Shown: piece after piece, positions 1-7,359 of the stretch
Numbering within the stretch: position 1 is the first letter of the stretch
Layout of the letters: each line of letters begins with the position of its first letter
From: an uncultured Janthinobacterium sp.
GTDB lineage: Bacteria > Vulcanimicrobiota > Vulcanimicrobiia > Vulcanimicrobiales > Vulcanimicrobiaceae
Length of the DNA: 26,065 bases
Assembly (NCBI GenBank): GCA_964658025.1
Contig: CAZZXB010000026.1
Location: 1 to 26,065, forward strand
Reading direction: 5' to 3'
The notes under the pieces: generated by a model
What the model saw: only the letters and a program-made list of their open reading frames with translations
Told to the model about the DNA's origin: nothing
The model's database searches: none
Position numbers and translations under genes: made by a program

Positions 1-342
1 GGGACGATCCGCATCGGACCGGACGGCCACGGAACCGACGCCGCGCTTCGCGACGACGCGCTCGCGCTCTCGCGCGATGCGTATCTCGATACCGTCCCCA
101 CGCTCGAAATCGCCGCGAACGACGTCTCGGCCGCGCACGGCGCGACCGTGGGATCGCTCGACGAAGAGGCCCTGTTCTACGTCGAGAGTCGCGGGATCGC
201 GCGCGCGGACGCGCGTCGGATGATCGCGCTCGCGTTCTTCGAGCCCGCGATCTCGCGCTTTCCGAGCGACGCGCTCCGCGACGAGATCCGCACCGCGCTC
301 GACGCGCGGCTCGACGCGATCCCCGAAACCTTCGCGTCGTAG
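1..342 (+). CDS. sufD: Fe-S cluster assembly protein SufD, C-terminal part (5' truncated by window)
   Basis: Frame 1 is open from base 1: GTIRIGPDGHGTDAALRDDALALSRDAYLDTVPTLEIAANDVSAAHGATVGSLDEEALFYVESRGI...ARRMIALAFF. This matches the SufB/D C-terminus; PxLEI..NDV..HGAT fits SufD rather than the HEA motif of SufB. Confidence 0.88.
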   Translation, partial: GTIRIGPDGHGTDAALRDDALALSRDAYLDTVPTLEIAANDVSAAHGATVGSLDEEALFYVESRGIARADARRMIALAFFEPAISRFPSDALRDEIRTALDARLDAIPETFAS

Positions 343-359
343 CCGCCGCGCGCGGGGCC

Positions 360-746
360 TTATGCGGCCGGGGCCTTGCGCTGGTGGACGATGAACCCGT
401 TGCCGTCGGGATCCGCGCCCATCGACATGAAGCAGACGGGCGTCTCTTCGGGATCGGAGAGCTGCGCGCCGCGCGAGCGGAAAAGCGCGACGGCCTCCGC
501 GATATCGGGCACCGCGAACATGACGGCCGCACCGGTTTTGGGTCCCTCGTCCGGATTCCAGACGCCGAACGTCGAGCCGTCGGCGAGCGTGAACTCCGCC
601 CCGCGTCCCTTTTCGTCGATCTCCGTCGGCACGAGACCGAGCACGTCGCGATAGAACGCGATCGCGCGCTGCGCGTCGCTCGTGAGATAGGCGATGAGAT
701 CCATCCCGGTCACGAGGGAGGCGGTCGTTTGGGTTCCGGTCGTCAT
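360..746 (-). CDS. VOC-fold (glyoxalase/bleomycin-resistance-like) protein
   Basis: 128 aa with AIAFYRDVLG, FAVPDI and DPDGN motifs. GGAG SD at 754-757 (minus strand), 7 nt before the ATG. Confidence 0.88.
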   Translation of the reverse strand: MTTGTQTTASLVTGMDLIAYLTSDAQRAIAFYRDVLGLVPTEIDEKGRGAEFTLADGSTFGVWNPDEGPKTGAAVMFAVPDIAEAVALFRSRGAQLSDPEETPVCFMSMGADPDGNGFIVHQRKAPAA

Positions 747-793
747 GATGTGGCTCCAATCGGTTGAATTCGTGCGATGGACCGATCGTACGC

Positions 794-824
794 GCCATAT
801 ATGACAAGGGCCGTCATATATGGC
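794..824. promoter_or_regulatory. Perfect inverted-repeat operator GCCATATATGAC-N7-GTCATATATGGC, probable binding site of the adjacent WYL regulator
   Basis: AT-rich perfect 12-bp arms (794-805 and 813-824) between divergent VOC and WYL genes. A minus-strand -10-like TACGAT lies at 785-790. Confidence 0.8.
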
Positions 825-841
825 CGAGAACGTTTTTCTCG

Positions 842-1849
842 ATGCGATCGCAGCGCCTGATCTCGTGTCTCATGTTGCTCCAAGGCAAACGCCGCTCCAC
901 GGCCGCCGAACTCGCGCATCGCCTCGGCGTCTCGACGCGAACGATCTATCGCGATGTCGACGCGCTCTGCGAGGCGGGCGTTCCGCTGCACGCGGAACGC
1001 GGGTCGCTCGGCGGCATCGTGCTCGCCGACGATTATCGACGGGCGCTCGCGCAGTTCACGAACGACGAACTGCTCGCGTTGTTCGCTTCGGGTCCGAGTC
1101 CGATGGGAGATCTCGGGATCGCCGCGCAGGGCGACGCGCTGCAGAAGCTCGCCGGGGCCCTGCCCGCGGGCCAACGGCGCGCCGCGGAATCGGGCCGCGC
1201 TCGCGTCTTCGTCGACCAACACCGCTGGAGTCGCGCGGAACAACCGAAAGCGCTGCTCGTCCGGTTGCGCGAGGCGGCGAGCGCGGATCGCCGCGTCCGT
1301 CTACGCTACCGCGATCGCGGCGGAAGCGAGAGCGAACGCGTCCTGGATCCGCTCGGACTCGTCGCGAAAGCCGGCGTCTGGTACCTCGTCGCGCGAGAAG
1401 AAGGGAAGGGGTATCGGACGTTCCGCGCGGAGCGCATCGTGGCGGTCGATCTCCTCACGACGCCGTTCGTCCGGCCGTCGGATTTCGATCTCGAGGCGTA
1501 TTGGAACGCGTCGGTATCGTCGCTCGAAAAACGGAATCGCGAGTCGTACGTCGTCGTCGCGGACGTCGCGCGCGAAGCCGTCGTCACGCTCACGAGCTTC
1601 TGGGAGACGACGATCGTGGCGGAGCGCGCGGAGGGTTCCACCGTGCGCGTCGCATTCCCGTCGCGGGATACCGCGATCGTCCAGATGCTCGTGCTCGCGG
1701 ATGCCGTCGACATCCGAACGCCCGAAACGCTCGCCGTCGAGATCGTCGCCCGCGCCCGCAGCGCGATCGCCCGCTTCGCGCCGCGGCCGCGCGCCCGACG
1801 CGGCGTCGCGTCGGAGCGTCGCGCGAAAACGCCGCGGCGCGCGCGATAA
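842..1849 (+). CDS. YafY-family HTH-WYL transcriptional regulator
   Basis: Start taken at ATG 842: MRSQRLISCLMLLQ...TAAELAHRLGVSTRTIYRDVDAL (wHTH), then a WYL domain (RVLDPLGLVAKAGVWYLVA...RTFRAERI) and a WCX-like tail. Confidence 0.93.
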   Translation: MRSQRLISCLMLLQGKRRSTAAELAHRLGVSTRTIYRDVDALCEAGVPLHAERGSLGGIVLADDYRRALAQFTNDELLALFASGPSPMGDLGIAAQGDALQKLAGALPAGQRRAAESGRARVFVDQHRWSRAEQPKALLVRLREAASADRRVRLRYRDRGGSESERVLDPLGLVAKAGVWYLVAREEGKGYRTFRAERIVAVDLLTTPFVRPSDFDLEAYWNASVSSLEKRNRESYVVVADVAREAVVTLTSFWETTIVAERAEGSTVRVAFPSRDTAIVQMLVLADAVDIRTPETLAVEIVARARSAIARFAPRPRARRGVASERRAKTPRRAR

Positions 1850-1884
1850 GGCATCGCTCCGTTCCGGCGAGAATCGAGCGCACG

Positions 1885-4572
1885 ATGTCGAAACTTCCCT
1901 CGTTTTTTCGCCGACTCGCGCTCGGGTCGCTCTGCGTCGCCGCGGCGTGGTCTTCGGGAATCGCGCGTGCGGACGCCGCCGAAAACGTCGTGGACACGAC
2001 GCTCGCGAACGGTCTGCGCGTCGTCATCGTCCCGAACGCACTCGCGCCCGTCGTCTCGACCGATCTCGTCTATAAAGTCGGGTCGCGCGACGATCCGGCG
2101 GCGTTTCCCGGGATGGCGCACGCCCAAGAGCACATGATGTTCCGCGGCACGAAAGATCTTTCGACGGGCGAACTCGGGACGATCGCGACCGCGCTCGGCG
2201 GAAACTTCAACGCCGAAACGTCCGACACGCTCACGCAATTCGAATTCACCGTCCCCGCGTCGGATCTCGATGCGATCTTCCGGATCGAATCGGATCGGAT
2301 GCGCGACATCCTCGACGCGCAGAGCGAATGGGTCGACGAGCGCGGCGCGATCGAACAGGAAGTCTTGCGCGACGAGTCGTCCCCCGGCGGCGATTTTTTC
2401 CGCGACGCGCAAGCGATCGCGTTCGCCGGAACGCCGTACGCGCGCCAGGGCGTGGGAACGAAAGCCGCGTTCGATCGTCTGACCGGTCCCGATCTCAAGA
2501 ACTTTTATTCGAAGTGGTACGCTCCGAATAACGCGGTGTTCGTGATCGCCGGCAACGTGGATCCGGCGCGCGTGCTCGAGCAGATCCGCGCCCGTTTCTC
2601 CGATATCCCGCGCAAGGCGCTGCCCGCGCATCCGAGCGCGGCGCTGCGGCCCCTCGCGCGAACCGTGTTGCGTCGCCCGACGACGCTCGTCTATCCGCTC
2701 GCGGCGGTCGGGTATCGCCTACCCGGCGTGAAGAGCCCGGATTTCATCGCATCCTTCGTGTTACAGGAAGTGCTCGGGTCGTCGCGCGGTCCGTTCCGCG
2801 GCCTCGTCGACTCCGGCGCGGCGCTCGACGCCGAATGGATCTCGATGCCGTACGTTCCCGAGGGCCAACTCGCCTACGCGACCGCCGCGCTCGGACCGTC
2901 GGGCAATCCCGCCGCGATGGCGAAACGGCTCGAGACGATCGTGCGGAATTACGCGCGCGACGGCGTCCCGCGCGAATTGTTCGAAACGACGAAACGTCAG
3001 GCGATCTCGGGTCAGGAACTCAGTCGCAACTCGATCTCGGCGCTCGCCAACGATTGGGCGACGACAATCGCGCTCGACGACGAGCCTTCGATCGCGCGCG
3101 AACAGCAATTACTCGCGACCGTCACGTTGGCCGACGTGAACCGCGTCGCGCGCCGCTATCTCTCGCCCGCGCACGCGATCGTCGCATCGCTCACGCCGTC
3201 GGCGAGCGCCACGCAGAACGCGCCCGCCGCCCCAGCGCCGAAGGGACCCGAAAAACCGCTCGCCGCGCAAGCCGCCGCGACGACCCTCCCCGATTGGGCT
3301 TCGGGGCTCATCGCGAACACGACGGTCCCCGCGGCCGTCGCGGCGCCCGAGCGCGTCGCGCTCGCGAACGGCATCTCGCTCGTCTACGAGCGCTCGACGA
3401 TCTCCGATTCCGTGTTCGTCTTCGGCGACGTCCGGACGAACGCCGATCTCGAAGAGCCCCCCGGTAAGGAAGGCGTCGCCTCGATCCTCGACGCGATGTA
3501 CGATTTCGGAACGAAGCAGCGCGATCGCACGGCGTACCAGCGCGCGCAGGACGACATCGATTCACAGATCGGGATCGGCAGTCGTTTCGGCGTGCAGACG
3601 ACGGCGCCGTCGTTCGATCGCGCCGTCGCACTGCTCGGCGAAGGGTTGCTCCAACCGCGCTTCGACGCCCAAACGTTCGCGGCGGCGCGCTCCCGGACCG
3701 CGCAACAATTACAGACGACCGAGAGCGGTACCGCGTACGCCGCGACGCGCCGCACCGCGGAAAAACTCTATCCGCCGGGCGATCCGACGCTGCGCGAGCC
3801 GTCGATGGCGTCGCTCGCGAGCATCACGCTCGACGACGTCGAGTCGTACTACGCGAAGACCGTACAACCCAATCGCACCACGATCGTCGTCGTCGGCAAC
3901 GTGCCCTTCGATCGCGCGCGAGCGACGATCGAGCGCGCGTTCTCGGGTTGGAAGAGCACGAGCGATCCGCCGGATTTCGATCTGCCCAAGCTCGCCGTGA
4001 ACGCACCGGGCGAGGTGAACGTCACCCAGCCCGCGCTCGGACAGGCCGACGTCCGCCTCGAGCAGATCGTCGCCGCCGATCGCTCCTCGCCCGATTACGA
4101 CGCGCTCGTGCTCGGCAACGCGATCCTCGGCGGCGGTTCCTCCGGACCCGAGCAGAGTCGGCTGTTTCGCAACCTGCGTCAGAACACGGGCCTCGTCTAC
4201 AACATCGGATCCGAATTCTCCGCCGACGCGACGCGCGCGCGCTTCACGATCAACTTCGCGAGTTCGCCCGAGAACGTCGACCGCATCGTCTCGCTCGTGG
4301 GCGACGACGTGACGAAGCTCCGCACCGAACCCGTCGGCGCGTTCGAACTCTCGCTCGTGAAGGCGTCGATCGTCCGTCGCACGGTGATCTCCGCGTCGTC
4401 GATCGGCGCGATCGGCGGCGAACTCCTCGACTCCGCGTCGAGCGGACGACCCCTCGACGAATCGCGTCAGGACGCCGCGCGCATCCTCGCGACCACGGCG
4501 GACGCCGTGAAGACGGCGTTCGCGACGTACATCAAGCCGGAGAATTTCGTGCGCGTGACCGTCGGACCGTAG
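1885..4572 (+). CDS. Secreted M16 (pitrilysin/PqqL-like) zinc peptidase
   Basis: True start at ATG 1885 within the 820..4572 ORF. Signal peptide (MSKLPSFFRRLALGSLCVAAAWSSGIARA), LANGLRV, HxxEH as AHAQEHMMFRGT, NAETS, YAPNNAVFVIAGN. The second half has a degenerate zinc site and SRLFRNLRQNTGLVY. Confidence 0.93.
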   Translation: MSKLPSFFRRLALGSLCVAAAWSSGIARADAAENVVDTTLANGLRVVIVPNALAPVVSTDLVYKVGSRDDPAAFPGMAHAQEHMMFRGTKDLSTGELGTIATALGGNFNAETSDTLTQFEFTVPASDLDAIFRIESDRMRDILDAQSEWVDERGAIEQEVLRDESSPGGDFFRDAQAIAFAGTPYARQGVGTKAAFDRLTGPDLKNFYSKWYAPNNAVFVIAGNVDPARVLEQIRARFSDIPRKALPAHPSAALRPLARTVLRRPTTLVYPLAAVGYRLPGVKSPDFIASFVLQEVLGSSRGPFRGLVDSGAALDAEWISMPYVPEGQLAYATAALGPSGNPAAMAKRLETIVRNYARDGVPRELFETTKRQAISGQELSRNSISALANDWATTIALDDEPSIAREQQLLATVTLADVNRVARRYLSPAHAIVASLTPSASATQNAPAAPAPKGPEKPLAAQAAATTLPDWASGLIANTTVPAAVAAPERVALANGISLVYERSTISDSVFVFGDVRTNADLEEPPGKEGVASILDAMYDFGTKQRDRTAYQRAQDDIDSQIGIGSRFGVQTTAPSFDRAVALLGEGLLQPRFDAQTFAAARSRTAQQLQTTESGTAYAATRRTAEKLYPPGDPTLREPSMASLASITLDDVESYYAKTVQPNRTTIVVVGNVPFDRARATIERAFSGWKSTSDPPDFDLPKLAVNAPGEVNVTQPALGQADVRLEQIVAADRSSPDYDALVLGNAILGGGSSGPEQSRLFRNLRQNTGLVYNIGSEFSADATRARFTINFASSPENVDRIVSLVGDDVTKLRTEPVGAFELSLVKASIVRRTVISASSIGAIGGELLDSASSGRPLDESRQDAARILATTADAVKTAFATYIKPENFVRVTVGP

Positions 4573-4673
4573 CCGCTCGGGCGTCGCCCGACGCCTCCGG
4601 TTTCGGAACCGTACCATCGTGCGAGAACGGCGATTCGAAAACGCGCGGAATCGCGACGATGGCGTAGATCGAA

Positions 4674-4704
4674 GAAGGAGCCGCGCGAGACGCGCGGCTC
4701 CTTC
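4674..4704. terminator. Strong 14-bp hairpin, probable intrinsic terminator, possibly bidirectional
   Basis: GAAGGAGCCGCGCG-AGA-CGCGCGGCTCCTTC is a perfect stem. It reads ...CCTTCTTCG on the minus strand and lies between convergent transcription units. The U-tract is weak. Confidence 0.7.
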
Positions 4705-4755
4705 GTAGTTGAACTTCGTGGAAGCGCGCGTACGGAAAGTCCGTTGCGCTGGGCG

Positions 4756-4821
4756 CTATCTCGCGATGCGCGCTCGGTGCGTGCTTCCATCTCGATGCTT
4801 GGGTGGATCTTGCGGTGTCAA
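4756..4821 (-). CDS. Candidate 21-aa micropeptide MTPQDPPKHRDGSTHRARIAR
   Basis: AGGAGG (4826-4831, minus strand), 4-nt spacer, TTG start, TAG stop at 4756-4758. The short spacer and TTG start lower confidence. Confidence 0.3.
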   Translation of the reverse strand: MTPQDPPKHRDGSTHRARIAR

Positions 4822-4866
4822 ACGCCCTCCTAATCAAGCTCGGAACGATATCTGCAGATGCGCCGA

Positions 4867-4895
4867 AGTGTACGCCGATTCGCGTGCGATGTAAA
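4867..4895 (-). promoter_or_regulatory. sigma70-type promoter TTTACA-N17-TACACT
   Basis: Minus-strand -35 TTTACA (4890-4895), 17-nt spacer and -10 TACACT (4867-4872). Near-consensus in a very GC-rich background. Confidence 0.7.
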
Positions 4896-4938
4896 GGGTC
4901 GATAACGAAAACGTTTCTCGGATCACCTTCGCGCGCGC

Positions 4939-6579
4939 TCACGGCGCGGTGAGGCGCCAACGCTCGACGTTCCAGAAATGGTTGCCGAGCACGGCCGGTT
5001 CGACCCCCGCAAGCGTACGCTTCGCGAAGATCGCCTCGCGATCGAAACCGAGAAAGAGCAGATCGCTACGCCGATCGAGTTCGCGGAGGATCGCGCGATC
5101 GGCGTCCGCCTGGATCTCGGGATCGGACGACGTCATCTCGCGCACGGCCTCGCGATCGATCAGGGGATCGCAGATGCGACCGTAGTTCTCGCCGCGCGGC
5201 GGACGGGTATCGCAACGGAAGAGATACGAATGATCGGCGTCTTCGCCCGGTTGCCAACCGAAGTACGCGAGATCGAACTTGCCGTTCGCGTAGATGCCGC
5301 CGTCGTTCGCCGAGGCGAAGAGCAGCGAATACTGATACGCCCGCACGTTCGCGCGGATACCGAGCGCGGCGAGCGCGGCTTGCAGTTGCACGTCGAACCG
5401 TTCCGATGCCGAGCTTCCCGTCACGCCGACGATCTCGAGCGTCAGCACGTCGCCCGCCGCGTCGCGCCGCATCCCGTCCGACCCGCGCCGCCATCCCGCG
5501 GCGTCGAGCGAACGCGCCGCGCCCGCCGGATCGTACGGCGCCTCACGGATCGTCGGATCGTACGCGAACTGGCCCGGAAGCCGGTCGCCGTCGCCCGGCC
5601 GACGGAACTCGCCGCGGACGTCGCGCAGGATCGCGTCGCGGTCGATCCCGCGGACGATCGCCTCGCGCACCCGCGCGTCGGCGAGCGGGCCGCGCGCGGT
5701 CTGGAACATGACGTAATTGAACTGATAATGATCGAAGAGATATTCGCGCGCGTCCCTCACGCGCCGGGCTTCGTCGAGCGTCGCGCGGCTCGCGCCGAAA
5801 CCGTGGACGAAGAGCGCGTCGAGCGCGTTCGATTGCCAGAGCGTGAGCTGCGTGTTGTTGTCGGGGACGAACTGCACGTCGATCCGCGCGATCTTCGGGG
5901 CGCCGCGCCGGAAGTGCGGATCGGCTTCGAAGCGCATGCGCGATCCGCGCGACCACGAGACGAATCGATACGGTCCGAGCCCGACGGGCGCGCCGTTATA
6001 GGTCGCCGCGTTGAGGTTCGCGAGCCCGGCCAAGAGATGCGCGGGGAGGATCGGGTACGGATCGTTCGCCCCGTCGCTAAAGAAGGTTGCGAGCGCGGGC
6101 GAATACGGTCGCTTCAGACGCACGTCCACTTCGAAGGGCCCGGGCGACGTCACCGACGCGATGTCGTCGAAGCCGGAACGATCGGGGACGTCGTTGCGCG
6201 GATCGCGCGCCGCGCGGAACGAGAAGGTCACGTCGCGCGCGTCGAACGGCGCGCCGTCGTGCCAGCGGACGCCGCGCCGCAGACGGTATCGAATGGTGCG
6301 GCCGTCCCGCGCGAGATCGCCGTTCGCGAGCGATGGGACCCGCGTCACGAGATCGGGCGTGAAGCGCCCGCGGGCGTCGGTTCCGAGCAAGAAGCCGTAG
6401 ACGAGCGGCACGAGAAACTGCAGGTTCGCGTTATCGCTCACGAGCGGATCGAAACCGGGAGGCTCGCTCGTGAGCGCGAGTCGCAACGTATCGTGCCGCG
6501 GCGTTTCGTGCGCGCAGCCGATCGGGAGCGCCGCGACCGCGGCCAAGGCGAGGATCCGGAGCGACGCGAGGGCGTTCAC
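4939..6579 (-). CDS. Peptide/nickel ABC transporter solute-binding lipoprotein (OppA/DppA family 5)
   Basis: Lipobox LPIGC, then YRLRRGVRWHDGAPFDARDVTFS, PVGLGPYRFVSW and LADARVREAI motifs. Confidence 0.92.
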   Translation of the reverse strand: MNALASLRILALAAVAALPIGCAHETPRHDTLRLALTSEPPGFDPLVSDNANLQFLVPLVYGFLLGTDARGRFTPDLVTRVPSLANGDLARDGRTIRYRLRRGVRWHDGAPFDARDVTFSFRAARDPRNDVPDRSGFDDIASVTSPGPFEVDVRLKRPYSPALATFFSDGANDPYPILPAHLLAGLANLNAATYNGAPVGLGPYRFVSWSRGSRMRFEADPHFRRGAPKIARIDVQFVPDNNTQLTLWQSNALDALFVHGFGASRATLDEARRVRDAREYLFDHYQFNYVMFQTARGPLADARVREAIVRGIDRDAILRDVRGEFRRPGDGDRLPGQFAYDPTIREAPYDPAGAARSLDAAGWRRGSDGMRRDAAGDVLTLEIVGVTGSSASERFDVQLQAALAALGIRANVRAYQYSLLFASANDGGIYANGKFDLAYFGWQPGEDADHSYLFRCDTRPPRGENYGRICDPLIDREAVREMTSSDPEIQADADRAILRELDRRSDLLFLGFDREAIFAKRTLAGVEPAVLGNHFWNVERWRLTAP

Positions 6580-6669
6580 GGACGGGCAATTGCGTCTCCG
6601 TCACGATCCTCGCCTGCGTGCTCGCGCGTCGCAGGCTTCGCGAGCCCCGAAGTCCTAGAGCCCCGTAGG

Positions 6670-7359
6670 ATGAAGTTCTCCACTCCGGCGCGCGCGCTCG
6701 CGCTCGCGCTCGCTTACGTCGCAATCTCGGCGGCTTCGGCGCGTGCGGGCGACGACGACGCCGCGCTCTTGCGGCGCGTCGTGGACGCCCAACACGCGAC
6801 CCTCCACGGCGTCGTGGCGTACCACACCGATAGTCGGCTACGCAGCGGGGCCGGATTCTTCCATCGGAACGAACGCGAGAGCCGTTGGTTCGTGCTCAGC
6901 GACGGCGTCTTGGAACGGACGGGCGTCATGGCGAAATCCGACGCGCCGTTCGGCAAACACGCCGAAGCGCAGACGCACGAGCCGTGGGGACCGTATTCGA
7001 ACGAATACACCTTTCACGCCGTCGCGTGCGCGGACTGCGCTCCCGGTCGCGTCGCCTTCACGTTCGAGAGCGCGACGCACGACGAACTGCACGGTCACGG
7101 CACGCTCGTCGTCGATGCGGAACACGAGCGGATCGACCACGAGGATTTCGTGCCTTACGTCCTGTTCGATCAGGCCAAGACGGGCGACGTGACGATCGAG
7201 TTCGGCGAGAGCGCGATCGGATGGATGCCGCGCGCCCTCGGCGGAACGTTCACGGGTAGCATGGGTCCCTTCACCGGCACCGCCGATCTGCGCGAGCGCT
7301 TCGAGGACTATCGGCGTTTCGACTCCGTCGATCGGGCGGTCGAAGCCTCCGGGACGTGA
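6670..7359 (+). CDS. Secreted hypothetical protein
   Basis: ATG 6670 within the 4978..7359 ORF. Signal peptide MKFSTPARALALALAYVAISAASARA and a beta-rich mature region with CADC. The stop overlaps the next start (GTGA). Confidence 0.75.
   Translation: MKFSTPARALALALAYVAISAASARAGDDDAALLRRVVDAQHATLHGVVAYHTDSRLRSGAGFFHRNERESRWFVLSDGVLERTGVMAKSDAPFGKHAEAQTHEPWGPYSNEYTFHAVACADCAPGRVAFTFESATHDELHGHGTLVVDAEHERIDHEDFVPYVLFDQAKTGDVTIEFGESAIGWMPRALGGTFTGSMGPFTGTADLRERFEDYRRFDSVDRAVEASGT

Larger units (their letters stand above)
4670..4861 (-). ncRNA. Candidate ~190-nt small RNA or micropeptide mRNA (unassigned family)
   Basis: Bounded by a sigma70-like promoter (4867-4895) and the hairpin at 4674-4704. 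Less GC-rich than the flanks and contains no long plausible ORF. Confidence 0.5.

Noticed and set aside
115..147. SufD lacking the Cys before the conserved His (DVSAAHG)
   Set aside because: Many SufD proteins lack this Cys and the His is retained, so it is not unusual.
826..840. GAGAACGTTTTTCTC, and the similar GAAAACGTTTCTC near 4907, as LexA boxes
   Set aside because: Neither fits GAAC-N4-GTTC adequately; they are weak palindromes only.
820..1884. 1250-aa ORF suggesting a long N-terminal extension of the M16 peptidase
   Set aside because: The extension is Arg-rich off-frame translation overlapping the WYL gene. The signal peptide starts at ATG 1885.
4734..4743. GGAAAGTCC resembling the RNase P RNA P4 motif
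   Set aside because: The preceding GA and the matching 3' ACAGAA...GCTTA-type segment are absent, and the available space is too short.
4467..4790. 107-aa minus-strand ORF (MEARTERAS...)
   Set aside because: It runs through the strong hairpin and into the M16 gene antisense, and has no convincing SD.
4978..6669. 793-aa plus-strand ORF
   Set aside because: The first ~560 codons are the antisense shadow of the ABC binding-protein gene. Only 6670-7359 looks like a real protein.
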